Source: an uncultured delta proteobacterium (GTDB lineage: Bacteria; Myxococcota; Myxococcia; Myxococcales; Anaeromyxobacteraceae). From it: a stretch of DNA of 64,000 nt. Location: contig CAWJSR010000055.1 in NCBI GenBank assembly GCA_963845515.1, positions 1 through 64,000 of the forward strand. The letters run 5' to 3'. The translations under genes and the position numbers were made by a program. Positions 38,123 through 48,436 of this stretch are shown in pieces (the first letter of the stretch is position 1; each line of letters opens with the position of its first letter). Under the pieces are notes generated by a model. It saw only the letters and a list, made by a program, of their open reading frames with translations. It did not search any database and was not told the origin of the DNA.

Positions 38123-39712
38123 ATGACCCGCCTACGCGCGCATTGGGCCCAACTCCTCATCGTCGTCGTCGGAGGGATCGCCTACTCCAACACGTTCGGC
38201 GTCCCGTTCCTGTTCGACGACAACGTCGTGCTGCTCGGCGAGCCAACGATCACGAACTTCGCCCCCAGCCCGCTCAGCCGGCGCTTCCTGGGGGACCTCT
38301 CCTTCGCCCTCTCCTGGCGCGTCTTCGGCGCGCATCCGGCCGGCCACCACGCCGTCAACCTGGTCATCCACGTCGTCAACGCCCTCCTCGTCTGGCAGAT
38401 CGCGCGGCTGGCGTGGAGGACGAGCCGGCTGAGCGCTTCCCCGATCGCGCGCAACGCAGACCGGGCCGCCCTCCTCGCTGCGCTGCTCTTCGTCTCACAT
38501 CCCATCCAGACCCAGGCCGTCACCTACGTCGTCCAGCGCTATGCGTCGCTGGCCGCGCTCTTCTTCCTCACCTCGGTCTGCGCGTACCTCAAGTGCCGGC
38601 TCGCCTCTCCCGGCCGGCCCGCGCGGGGCTGGTACGTCCTCTTCCTCGGCAGCGCGGCCGCCGCCTGCTGGACCAAGGAGAACGCCTTCACCCTGCCGCT
38701 CGCGATCGCCGCGGTCGAGTGGAGCCTCTTCGCCGCCCCCCTTCGGCGTCGCGCGGCCCTCCTCTCGCCCTTCCTGGTGGCCGCCGGCGCCGCGCTGGCC
38801 TTCGCCCTGGCCTCCGGGCTCACGCTGGCCCGGCTGGACCAGCTGGCCCGCGTCGACACGTCGATGGCCCGGAGCGACTACCTCCTGACCCAGCTCCGCG
38901 TCGTCGCGCGCTACCTCGGGCTCCTCGCCCTCCCGATCGGTCAGAATCTCGACCACGACGTCGCCATCTCGCGCTCGCTCGCCGAGCCGGCGGTCCTCCT
39001 CGCGCTCGCCCTCCACGCCCTCCTCGTCGGCGGCGCAGTCGCGGCGCTCCGCTGGGGATCCCGTCGCGACCCGGCGTGGCGCCTCGTCGGCTTCGGAGTG
39101 ACCTGGTTCTACGTCACACTGCTCGTCGAGTCGTCGATCATCCCGATCGTCGACCCGATGTACGAGCACCGTGTCTACCTGCCGTCGGTGGGGCTCTTCA
39201 TCGCGGTGGCGACCGCCCTCTGCGCGCTCCCGCCGCTGCAGCGGCGCAGGGGCTGGGCGGCGACCGCGGCGGCCCTCATAGCGCTCCTCACCGGCATGAC
39301 CTTTGCGCGCAACCGCGTGTGGCGTGACGACCTTTCGCTCTGGTCAGACGCGGCCTCGAAGTCGCCGCGAAAGGCGCGACCGCTCAACAACCTCGGCGCG
39401 GCTCGCTTCGCGCGCGGAGAGTTCGCGTCTGCGGCCGCCCTCTACGAGCGGGCCATTCAGGCGGAGCCTGGCTACACGAAGGCCTGGTTCAACCTCGGTG
39501 AAGTCCGCCAGCGGATGGGGGACTGCCAGGGGGCGATAGGCCCGTACGAGGCCTTCCTCCAGGTTCACCCTGCGTACCCCGACACCTACGGAAACCTGGC
39601 AGACTGCTACGACCTGCTGGGGCGCCCCGACAGGGCACGAGCGCTCCGCGCGGAGCTCGCGCGCCTCGAGGCTGAGCGGAGCGGACGCCCGCTCCCGACC
39701 TTCTACCGGTAG
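38123..39712 (+). CDS. TMTC-like GT-C membrane glycosyltransferase with C-terminal TPRs
   Basis: FLFDD loop, HAVNLVIH, LFVSHPIQTQAVTYVVQR, TKE, YEHRVYLPS, RNRVWRDDLSLW, TPR helices. Confidence 0.85.
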   Translation: MTRLRAHWAQLLIVVVGGIAYSNTFGVPFLFDDNVVLLGEPTITNFAPSPLSRRFLGDLSFALSWRVFGAHPAGHHAVNLVIHVVNALLVWQIARLAWRTSRLSASPIARNADRAALLAALLFVSHPIQTQAVTYVVQRYASLAALFFLTSVCAYLKCRLASPGRPARGWYVLFLGSAAAACWTKENAFTLPLAIAAVEWSLFAAPLRRRAALLSPFLVAAGAALAFALASGLTLARLDQLARVDTSMARSDYLLTQLRVVARYLGLLALPIGQNLDHDVAISRSLAEPAVLLALALHALLVGGAVAALRWGSRRDPAWRLVGFGVTWFYVTLLVESSIIPIVDPMYEHRVYLPSVGLFIAVATALCALPPLQRRRGWAATAAALIALLTGMTFARNRVWRDDLSLWSDAASKSPRKARPLNNLGAARFARGEFASAAALYERAIQAEPGYTKAWFNLGEVRQRMGDCQGAIGPYEAFLQVHPAYPDTYGNLADCYDLLGRPDRARALRAELARLEAERSGRPLPTFYR

Positions 39713-41387
39713 ACCGACCCCGTCCGGCGTAAGGGCCTGCCGGTGGAGCCGACTGCGCCCTGAAGCTCGCGCAGGCGTCGAAGCGCATAGTCCCGCTCGG
39801 AGAGGCGATCCGCGGCCTCGGCAAGGCGCGCATAGTAGGCGGAGGCCCCCTCGACATCGCCGCTCCTCGCGAGTAGATCCCCATCCCGCGCAGCGCCTCG
39901 ACGGCACCACCGTCCAACTGGAGCGCCAGCCGGAAGCTCGCCGCCGCCCTGTTGTCCTGGCCGAGCCCAGCCCTCGCCAACCCGATCAGCGCGTGGCCCC
40001 TCCCGCTGTAGGGGCTCATGGAGAGCGCCTTCTGCAGCGCCCCCACCGCCTCCGAGTGGCGCCCCGCCGCGACCAGCGCCGCGCCCAGGTTGAAGCGCAT
40101 GTGCGTCGCCGAAGGCTCGATCTCGCAGGCCCGCCGAAAGATGGCCACCGAGTCCGACCAGTGCGAAACCTGCGTGCGCGTCGCGGCCGTGAGCGCCAGG
40201 CACGCGGCCACGGCGACGGCGACGGATCCAGCCGCCGCAGCGCGCCCACGCGCACGCCCGGCGAGGTCGGCCGCGGCGTACGTCACCGCCACCGAGACCC
40301 CCATGAGCGGCACGTACGCAAAGCGGTCCGCCCAGGCCGGCCACATGCCCGCCTGGCTCAGCCCCAGGTAAGGGAGCAGCGCGACGAGGAACCAGGCGCA
40401 GCCGAAGGCGACGGAGGGGACGCGCCTCGCGCTGAACACCGCGGTGACGACGAGGGCGACGAGGACCGCCGCTCCCGCGATCGTCGGTCCCGGGCTGATC
40501 TGCGCGCGGTAGAGGTGGTAGGGACCGAGGCCGGCAGGCCAGAAGATGGCCTCGACGTAGGAGGGGAGCGCTGCGAGGGCGTTCGCCCCCAGCACGGCCA
40601 GCGAGGGGCGGAGCGCAGCAAGGCGGACCGCGGAGGCCATGACCAGCGCCGTACCCGCCAACGCCAGGAGGGCGAAGGGGACCTTCTCCCACATCAATGC
40701 CGCGGCACTCTGCCTGGGGAAGGGAGGGGGTTCCGGCAGCTCACCCCGGCCCGCTCCAAGGCGACCCAGCGGCCACGCGTCAAGGATCAGCAAGAGCGCT
40801 GGGAGCACCACCAGGCCGGGCTTCGCCAGGAGGCTCAGGGCCATGAGCAGGCAGGCGAGCGCGAGACGCCACCGGGCTGGCCTCGCAGCATGGGAGATGT
40901 AGGCGAGCACCGCGACCATGCCGATGGCCGTCGAGAGGACCGTCTTGAGCTCCGAAGCCCACGCCACCGCCTCCACCGTCAGGGGGTGGACCGCGAAGAG
41001 GCACGCGGCGGCCGCCGCGGTCCAGACCCTCCCCGTCGCCCTGCGGAGGATCAGGAGGAGCGTGATCGCCGTCACCGCGTGGAGCGCGACGCTCACGAGG
41101 TGGAAGCCCCATGGCTCGGGACCGAAGGCGGCACGGACGGCCATCAAGGCGAGCCACGTGAGCGGATGGAAGTAGGTCTCCGCCGCCTCGCGCGAGAAGG
41201 CCGCGCGGATCGAATCCCTGGTCAGCCCTCCCTGGACCATCCCGTTGTCGTAGATGTACGCGTCGTCGTCGAATCCGACGAAGTCGTTGGCGACCGCTCC
41301 CCCGTGCGCCACCGCCACCGCGAGCGCCACGAGCGCACTGGCGGCGAGAAGCTGCTTCCGGCCTGGGGAGCTCCCGGAATCCATCAT
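39703..41387 (-). CDS. TMTC-like GT-C glycosyltransferase with TPRs; frameshift near 39885
   Basis: FVGFDDDAYI, YFHPLTWL, FAVHPLTVEAVAWASELK, EKVP, ADRFAYVP, WSDS, TPRs. Confidence 0.85.
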
Positions 41388-43255
41388 TGTCCGCTCACTC
41401 CAAGGCCTCCAGTCACCCGATCGTAATCGGAGGCGCGCTCCCCGGAGGCCATCGCTCGGCGCCGCCCCTCGGCCAGCAGCTCCCTCGCCTCCGCGAGCCG
41501 CCCCTCGGTGGTGAGAAGTCGCGCGAGATTCACCGCCGCGTGCCAGTGCTTTCGGTCCCGGAGGAGCGCCTCCCGGAACATCCTCTCGGCGTCGCGGGGC
41601 CGCCCGACGCTCCGGTAGCAGTTGGCCAGCTGGTTGTAGCCGTCCGCCAGCCGGAGGCCGCTCGCAACGGCACGCTCGAACCAGGGCAGCGCCGCCGCGG
41701 CCCCATCCCTGGCCTTGGCCAGAAGCCCCATGTCGTAGAGCGCATCGGGCTCGGAAGGTGAGCGCTCGAGGGCTCGGCGGTAGTGCGCCTCCGCGCCCGC
41801 GAGGTCCCCTCTAGAATGCAGGATCACCCCGCGGTTCACGAGCGCCTTCGGATCCCAGGGGTTGCCGCTCAGCACCCAGTCATAGGCGGCCAGCGCCTCG
41901 TCAACGCGTCCCGCTCGCTCGTACACCTTGCCCAGATTGACGAGCGCCACGGCATTGCCCGGCGTGTTGCCTTCGCTGAGTGAGGCCGTGTGAAGGAAGA
42001 GTGACTCCGTGTCCTTCCAGAAGCCCACCTGCTCGCGTGTCTGCAGGGCGAGCCCAACGGTGATGACCGCGACCAGCGGTGCGACCGCCGCCCGCCGGCG
42101 CCCCGCCAGCGGGATCCACTCCGCCAGTCCCCACACCAGGGCGACGAGGAGCCCGATGACGGGCAGATAGACGAATCGATCGGCCGTCGCCGGCCAGAGA
42201 CCGCTGCGAATCAGGCCCGAAGCTGGCACCAGCATCCCGCAGAACCAGAGCCACCCCACGAGTGGAGCGGGCGCGCGACGCGCGTGGAGCGCCACCGCCC
42301 ACGTCGTCACCGCGAGCAACAGCAGCGCCCCGCCCCACGCCGACCAGTGGATGCTCCCCGGCTGCGGGTAGAAGACCCCCAGCCGTGCCGGCCAGAAGAG
42401 GCGGCCCAGGTACTGTGCATATCCCAGGATCGCCGTCTCGATCCGAAGGCCGAACGGCGTGGTCTCCGGATGTGTGCCGCTCGTTCGGCTGACGATCAGC
42501 GAGATCGCGGCGACGAGCGCGAAGAGAGGCGCCTTCTCGAGGAGAAGCCCGGCAGGAGACTGGCGCCGGACCGGCCAGTCCGCGCGCGCTGGAGCGGCCC
42601 ACCGCGTACGGCCCAGCGGCCAGACATCCAGCAGCAAGAACAGCGCCGGCAGCGGCGCCACCGACGCCTTCGCGCAGAAGCTCGCAGCCGTCAGCGCGAC
42701 CACCGCCGCCATGCGCCGCACTCCGGGCGCCCGCGCGTAGCCGGCATACGCCAGCAGCGCCCCCAACGCGAAGACGGCCGAGAGGACGTTCTTCCGCTCC
42801 ACCGCCCACGCGACCGACTCGACCTGGAGCGGGTGGATCGCGAAGATCAGCGCCACCACCGCGGAGCGCCAGCGAGCGCCGGTGGTTCGAAGGAGCAAGG
42901 CGTAGACGAGCAGCGCCGCCAGGACGTGCAGCGCCAGGTTGACGGCGTGCGTGGCCCGGGCGCTGACGCCGAAGAGCGCCACGTCGGCCATCAGCGAGAG
43001 CAGCGTCAGCGGCTGCCAGTAGCTCACGGCGTCGCCGCTCAACCCGAGCGCCCAGCGGACCCCCTCCCATGTGAAACCGTCCTGGACGACCTGGTTCTGC
43101 TCGATGTAGCCGGTGTCGTCGAAGTCGACGAACCCGTTGTCCAGCACCGCCCAGAAGGCGATGAGCGCGGTGAGCGCGATGGCCGCCGCGATCGCGACGT
43201 CGACGCGCGTCGGTCGCGCGCCGTCTCCCGAGCGTCCCGTGGGGCTGATCGTCAT
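41384..43255 (-). CDS. TMTC-like GT-C glycosyltransferase with TPRs
   Basis: FVDFDDTGYI, YWQPLTLLS, FAIHPLQVESVAWAVERKNVLS, EKAP, ADRFVYLP, WKDTESLF, about 5 TPRs. Confidence 0.88.
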   Translation of the reverse strand: MTISPTGRSGDGARPTRVDVAIAAAIALTALIAFWAVLDNGFVDFDDTGYIEQNQVVQDGFTWEGVRWALGLSGDAVSYWQPLTLLSLMADVALFGVSARATHAVNLALHVLAALLVYALLLRTTGARWRSAVVALIFAIHPLQVESVAWAVERKNVLSAVFALGALLAYAGYARAPGVRRMAAVVALTAASFCAKASVAPLPALFLLLDVWPLGRTRWAAPARADWPVRRQSPAGLLLEKAPLFALVAAISLIVSRTSGTHPETTPFGLRIETAILGYAQYLGRLFWPARLGVFYPQPGSIHWSAWGGALLLLAVTTWAVALHARRAPAPLVGWLWFCGMLVPASGLIRSGLWPATADRFVYLPVIGLLVALVWGLAEWIPLAGRRRAAVAPLVAVITVGLALQTREQVGFWKDTESLFLHTASLSEGNTPGNAVALVNLGKVYERAGRVDEALAAYDWVLSGNPWDPKALVNRGVILHSRGDLAGAEAHYRRALERSPSEPDALYDMGLLAKARDGAAAALPWFERAVASGLRLADGYNQLANCYRSVGRPRDAERMFREALLRDRKHWHAAVNLARLLTTEGRLAEARELLAEGRRRAMASGERASDYDRVTGGLGVSGQ

Positions 43256-43257
43256 GG

Positions 43258-44724
43258 CTACAGGAACTTGATGCGCCGGGCCGCGAAGAGGACCATCCGG
43301 AGGAGCAGGAGCCCGTGCCGGAAGCGCTGGATGTTGGTGGTCCCGTAGGTGCGCTCCCGGTACCTGATGGGCAGGTCGACTATGCGGAGGTTCTGGCGGG
43401 CCGCTCCGAAGATCAGGTCGAAGTCGCCGAAAGGATCGAACTCGCCGAAGTAGGCCCTGTTGGCCACGATTCGCTCGTAGTCCCGCTTCCAGAGCACCTT
43501 GGTGCCGCAGAGCGTGTCCTTCAGCGTCTGGCCGAGCAGCCAGGAGAAGGCGAGCCCGAAGAACTTGTTGGCGAGGAGGTTGAGGAACCTCATCGCCCGG
43601 TCCTCCATCGGGTAGACCAACCGGACTCCGTTGACGAACTCCCCGCGCCCCGACACCAACGCGTCGTAGAACCGTGGGAGATCCTCGGGCGGGACGGTGA
43701 GATCCGCGTCGAGGATCATCAGGACCTCGCCACGAGCCTCGGCAAACCCGAGCCTGACCGCGTCACCCTTCCCCTTACCCGTCTGGCGGAAGAGCCGCGC
43801 CCGGCACCCGGGGCGAGCCGCGATCTCCCGCTCGATGGTGACGAGCGTGGCATCCGTCGAGTGCCCCTCCACGAACACCAGATCCGTCCCGCCTCCCATC
43901 TCGGGGACCCGATCGAGGATCGCAGGGACGTTCCCGGCTTCATTGCGGGCGGGGACCACCACCGTCACCAGGGGCGCCCTCGGCCGATCCCCGCTCCCGG
44001 GCGCAACCCGGGCGACGACGAAGTTGGTCAGCGTCAGGAACCTGAACGGCCACAGCTTCGCGAGCCAGCGATTGGCCAGCGGCGCCAGGAGCGGAGTCCC
44101 CATGGGCCACAGGACGTCGCCGATCCGCCGGAAAGGCTCGAAGCCCGCGAGGCGCAGCAGGTTCTCGAGATCCTCCACGGCGAGCCAGTTCTGCCGAAGC
44201 AGCGGCTTCGCCAGACCCACCCGCCGCGCCGCGCGCAGCGGCAGCTCCCAGAGCCGGCTGTACGTGTTCAGGACGATCCGCGTCGAGGGCGTGCTGACGG
44301 CCCTGACCTTCTCCAGCACCTGCTGGACGTCCCAGAGATCGTTCACCAGGTCGGAGAGGATCACCACGTCGAAGGGCTCGTCCAGCGCGAGCTCGTGCGC
44401 GTCCTGCTTCACGAAGGTCAGGCGAGGAAACCGCGTTGCCGCCCGGGCGAGCATCTCCCCCGAGAAGTCGACGCCGACTCCACGGGAAGGCTCCAGCGCG
44501 GCGAGCAGCTCGCCTTCTCCGCACCCGATCTCCAGGACCCGCTGCCCGGGGGCGACGAGGTGGCGGAACATCGCCGTGACCCGCTGATGGTAGTAGCCGT
44601 CCATCCACGAGGCTCGACGCGCCACGCCGGCGACTCGATCCCAGTGGTCGACCCGCTCGGCGCGAAAAGTGTCGCCGTACGCCGAGGCGGCGGGCGACGC
44701 TCCGCCGGAGCCACGCTGTGTCAT
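43258..44724 (-). CDS. Fused class I methyltransferase-like domain and DPM-like GT2
   Basis: VLEIGCGEG, GVDFS; then VVVPARNEAGN, VEGHSTD, GKGDAVRLGF, ILDADL, DTLCGTK, DPFGDFDL. Confidence 0.85.
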   Translation of the reverse strand: MTQRGSGGASPAASAYGDTFRAERVDHWDRVAGVARRASWMDGYYHQRVTAMFRHLVAPGQRVLEIGCGEGELLAALEPSRGVGVDFSGEMLARAATRFPRLTFVKQDAHELALDEPFDVVILSDLVNDLWDVQQVLEKVRAVSTPSTRIVLNTYSRLWELPLRAARRVGLAKPLLRQNWLAVEDLENLLRLAGFEPFRRIGDVLWPMGTPLLAPLANRWLAKLWPFRFLTLTNFVVARVAPGSGDRPRAPLVTVVVPARNEAGNVPAILDRVPEMGGGTDLVFVEGHSTDATLVTIEREIAARPGCRARLFRQTGKGKGDAVRLGFAEARGEVLMILDADLTVPPEDLPRFYDALVSGRGEFVNGVRLVYPMEDRAMRFLNLLANKFFGLAFSWLLGQTLKDTLCGTKVLWKRDYERIVANRAYFGEFDPFGDFDLIFGAARQNLRIVDLPIRYRERTYGTTNIQRFRHGLLLLRMVLFAARRIKFL

Positions 44725-44731
44725 GTACGCT

Positions 44732-45460
44732 TCACCCTTCCCGGCGAGCTTCGATCATCAGGGAGCCGCCGATCTCGCGCACCACGGGGACCTTCTCCAG
44801 GAGATCGGACAGCGCCTCCACGCCAGCCGCCAACCAGGAAGGCGTAGCGGGGTGGAGGAAGTCGAAGGGTTCCACCCGCAACGGCGTGAACCCGGCCTTG
44901 CGCAGCTCAGCGGCGAGCGGCCAGCGAAGGAACGCCGACTCGTCCGGGGAGTCGCCCGCCCATCGCTTCAGGATGGGGATGTTCTTCTGGAGAAGGATGA
45001 TGGGGTTGGCCATGTTCGGCTCGGAGAAGAGGATCTTCCCTCCCGGCCGGAGGACACGGCGGAACTCGGCGAGGGCCTCCCGGAGCACGAGGTGGTGCAG
45101 CACCGAGATCCCCACCACGACGTCGAACGCGCCCTCCCTGATCCCTGCGGAGTACGCGTTCTGGACCGAGAACCGCACACCGGGGTGCCCCTCTACCCGC
45201 GCCCTGGCCTTCCTCAAGAGGTCTGGAGAGATGTCGATCGCCGTCAAGTCCACTCCGGCCACCGCGAGCGCCTCGGTGAGGAGGCCGGTGCCGCACCCGA
45301 TCTCCAGGACTCTCGCCCCCGGCGGCAGCGCCTGTCGGATGAAGTCCACGCGCCGCTTCCAGCGCCGGACCCCGGCCGCACCCGACCAGTTCCAGATCTC
45401 CTCCGCTCGCCCGGCGATGCGCCGCCCGTGCGCCATCTCGTTTGCAAGTCGATTTCCCAT
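44732..45460 (-). CDS. Class I SAM-dependent methyltransferase
   Basis: VLEIGCGTG, AIDISPDLL, FDVVVGISVLHH, RVLRPGG, EPN. Confidence 0.85.
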   Translation of the reverse strand: MGNRLANEMAHGRRIAGRAEEIWNWSGAAGVRRWKRRVDFIRQALPPGARVLEIGCGTGLLTEALAVAGVDLTAIDISPDLLRKARARVEGHPGVRFSVQNAYSAGIREGAFDVVVGISVLHHLVLREALAEFRRVLRPGGKILFSEPNMANPIILLQKNIPILKRWAGDSPDESAFLRWPLAAELRKAGFTPLRVEPFDFLHPATPSWLAAGVEALSDLLEKVPVVREIGGSLMIEARREG

Positions 45461-45551
45461 CGAAGTCCGATTGTGCCAGCAGGCTTGCCCGGGTGCGAGC
45501 GGCAAATCGCCTCTTGCAGAGCGGCGCTCAGCGGATTCCAGCGGGACCTGC

Positions 45552-47168
45552 TCACTCCAGGAGGGCGCGAACGTATTCTCGCGCGCGCTGCTGATCCGCC
45601 GGCACCGCACCGAGGAACGCCTGGTACATCTCCCTCGCTTCGAGGAGCCGACCGCGCGCCCGGAGGCTCTCGGCGAGCAGGAACATCGCCTCGAAGTTGG
45701 TCCCGTCCTGGCGAATCGCCTCGCGATACTGCTGCTCAGCCCCAAGGGCATCCCCGTCGTGCTGCAGGAAGCCGGCGAGCGCCACGCGCGCCCGGGCGTT
45801 CCATGGCTGGAGGCGTATCGCCGCTTCGATCTCCGCACGTGCCTCCGCAAAACGCCCCGCCCGCATGAGCGTGTCGCCGAGGTTGAAGCGCATCTCGCCG
45901 CTCCCTGGCTCCACCTCCACCGCGCGCCGATAGAGGGAAAGGCTGTCATTCCAGTGCCGCCCCTGGAGCACGCTGGCTGCACCCAGCCCAGCCACGAGCA
46001 GGCAGGAAGCGCCGACCGCGGCGCCCCTCAACCTTCCCTCTGCCGGGATCAGCTCCGCTGCAAGAAAGACCAGGCCGAAGACGACCCCCGCGAATGCGAC
46101 GTAGACGAAGCGGTCGGCGCGACTCGGCCATAGTCCGCTTTGCCAGAGGCCGAGGTGCGGCAACAGCGCGACGCCGAACCAGGCACATCCAGCCAGCACG
46201 CTCGGATGTCTCCGCGCCAGGAGGAACGCCGCGGCGGTGACCAGCAACAGCGCCGCGACTCCCGCTGCCACCTTCGCCATGGGAACCGACGCTGGGAAGG
46301 GGTGAAACACTGCGTGACCGAACGGCCAGAAGAGGTCGCCGAGATAGGCGGGAAGGGACGCGATCGCGTTCTGGATCCTCACGCCGAGCGGCGCCGAGGC
46401 CGCGATGTTCGCGGTGATGCCCCTCGCCGAGAACAGGACGAGTGCAGTCATGCCCACGGAGAGGGCCAACATCGGCAACTTCTCGATCGTGAGGCCCTTC
46501 AACGACCGCAGGCGCCCCGCCAACCCGTCGCCTTCGAGCCGGCTCAATGGCCACGCATCCATGACGAGGAGCAACCCCGGCAGCACGACCCACGACGCCT
46601 TGGCCGCCATCGCCGCCACGAAGAGCGCGGCCAGCGCCACCTTCTGCTTGCTCGACGGCCGGCCCCGTGCGGCCACGTAGAGGAGGACCGCGCCGAACCC
46701 GAAGGCCGCCGACAGGACCGTCTTGCGCTCCGTCACCCAGGAGACCGACTCCAGCGTGACGGGGTGCGCAGCGAAGATCGCGGCCGCGATCAGCGACGGC
46801 CAGGGCCGCGCAGTGGCCAGGCGAAGGAGGGAGTAGAGCAGGACCACCACGACGGCATGCAGCAGCACGTTGACGAGGTGAAACCCCCAGGGGGCAGCGC
46901 CGAGGACCTCCCTGTCCAGCATGAGCGAGAGCCAGGTGATCGGGTGGAAGTAGGTGTTCCCGTGGTCGCTCTGGAAGGCCCATGCCACGCCTTTCGCCGA
47001 GAGACCTCCCTGGACGTGCTGGTTCTCGTAGACGTACACGTTGTCGTCGAAGGAGACGAAATCCCGGGTCACGGCCGCGCCGTGAACGATTCCCACGATC
47101 GCAACGAGGAGCGCCACGCGACCGACTTCGCCGACCCGCTCCGGCAATGCCCTCATCTCGAAGTCCAC
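45552..47168 (-). CDS. TMTC-like GT-C glycosyltransferase with TPRs
   Basis: FVSFDDNVYV, YFHPITWLS, FAAHPVTLESVSWVTERK, EKLP, ADRFVY, WNDSLSLY, TPRs. Confidence 0.88.
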   Translation of the reverse strand: MDFEMRALPERVGEVGRVALLVAIVGIVHGAAVTRDFVSFDDNVYVYENQHVQGGLSAKGVAWAFQSDHGNTYFHPITWLSLMLDREVLGAAPWGFHLVNVLLHAVVVVLLYSLLRLATARPWPSLIAAAIFAAHPVTLESVSWVTERKTVLSAAFGFGAVLLYVAARGRPSSKQKVALAALFVAAMAAKASWVVLPGLLLVMDAWPLSRLEGDGLAGRLRSLKGLTIEKLPMLALSVGMTALVLFSARGITANIAASAPLGVRIQNAIASLPAYLGDLFWPFGHAVFHPFPASVPMAKVAAGVAALLLVTAAAFLLARRHPSVLAGCAWFGVALLPHLGLWQSGLWPSRADRFVYVAFAGVVFGLVFLAAELIPAEGRLRGAAVGASCLLVAGLGAASVLQGRHWNDSLSLYRRAVEVEPGSGEMRFNLGDTLMRAGRFAEARAEIEAAIRLQPWNARARVALAGFLQHDGDALGAEQQYREAIRQDGTNFEAMFLLAESLRARGRLLEAREMYQAFLGAVPADQQRAREYVRALLE

Positions 47169-47302
47169 CCCTCTAGAGGTAATCGCGCGCCACGCGCGCC
47201 TCGCGATCTTACCACGCCCGCCCCCTCCCCCCGTCGCACGGGCGCGCGCGCACGCCTTCGTGGCCCGGGACCTCGGCGGCTGGCGCTATACTCGCGCGGC
47301 CC

Positions 47303-48436
47303 ATGTCGACCGGCCCGTCCACGAACCTCCCCACTGGCATGGCGCCTCGCACGCTCCCGCTTCTGCTTGCGGCAACCCTCGGCGCATGGCCGCTGGGGTC
47401 CGACGCCATGCCCCTCCATCCCGTGCCGCTCGACGCGATCGTCCCGCAGATGGAGACTGACGGCCCACTTCGGCTCGCGCCCGCGGGGCTGCAGCTCGAC
47501 ATCGATCGCAGGCAGACGCTCACCCTTCCGCTGCGCGGACTCGACCTGCTCGAACTGGACGTTCGCTCCGAGGGCTACTTCACGCTGGTCTGGTCCGACG
47601 ACGGCCCGCCCGACACCGGGCGTTGGCCTCAGCCACCGCACTACCAGCGGCTTCCTCCGGGGATCTCGACCGTCCGCATCCCGATGCTCGTCGGAGGGGC
47701 AGCACTGGCTGGGGGCCGCCCTGTCCTGATGGTCGACGGCACCGGTCGCCTGACCATCACGGCCGTGCGCGCCTCGCCCCTGGCGCCGGCCCCGAGTGAC
47801 GCAAAGCGGCAATCCGATCTCGCCACGCTCCTCTTCCCGGAAACCATCTGGCACACCACGGTCAATCGCCTCACTCCTCCCCAGCTTTCCGCCGACCCGC
47901 CGCGATGGTTCGCCGATCGCGCGGCGCTCCTCGGCGCCGTCGCAGCCGTCGTGGCAGGCGGGCTTGCGTGGCGCCGTGGTGGCGCTCCCCGCGCTGCGGC
48001 GAAGGGACTCGTCGCGGGCTGCCTGGTCGCCAGCGCGCTCTCCGACGGTCTGCTGCTCGTCCGCCTCCTGCCGGCCTTCCGCCTGGCGCCGCCACCGCGG
48101 GTCGAGGAGAGGATCCGGGACAACTACTACTTCGACGCCGAGTTCGGCGCCCTTGCCGCCCTCGCACGCTCCACACTCAGGCCCACCGAACGCGTCGGGA
48201 CGATCGCGGCCGCCGACGACTGGTTCACCCGGCAGACCCTCTGCTTCAACCTCGCGCCACGCCCGTGCGTGAAGGTCGAGGGGGCCGGCCCGCGGTTTCC
48301 CGACCTCGCCGGCGTCAGGCGCCTCAGCCTGGACGAGCTCGACGCCGTCGTCGTCTCGGGTGACGCCGTGGCGCCAGCAGGCTTCGTGCCTGTTGCCCGC
48401 GTGAGCCCGTACGCCTTCGTGGCACGCCGACCATGA
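47303..48436 (+). CDS. Hypothetical membrane-anchored exported protein
   Basis: Signal-like N-terminus, beta-rich domain and two TM helices; ATGA-coupled to the next gene. Confidence 0.55.
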   Translation: MSTGPSTNLPTGMAPRTLPLLLAATLGAWPLGSDAMPLHPVPLDAIVPQMETDGPLRLAPAGLQLDIDRRQTLTLPLRGLDLLELDVRSEGYFTLVWSDDGPPDTGRWPQPPHYQRLPPGISTVRIPMLVGGAALAGGRPVLMVDGTGRLTITAVRASPLAPAPSDAKRQSDLATLLFPETIWHTTVNRLTPPQLSADPPRWFADRAALLGAVAAVVAGGLAWRRGGAPRAAAKGLVAGCLVASALSDGLLLVRLLPAFRLAPPPRVEERIRDNYYFDAEFGALAALARSTLRPTERVGTIAAADDWFTRQTLCFNLAPRPCVKVEGAGPRFPDLAGVRRLSLDELDAVVVSGDAVAPAGFVPVARVSPYAFVARRP

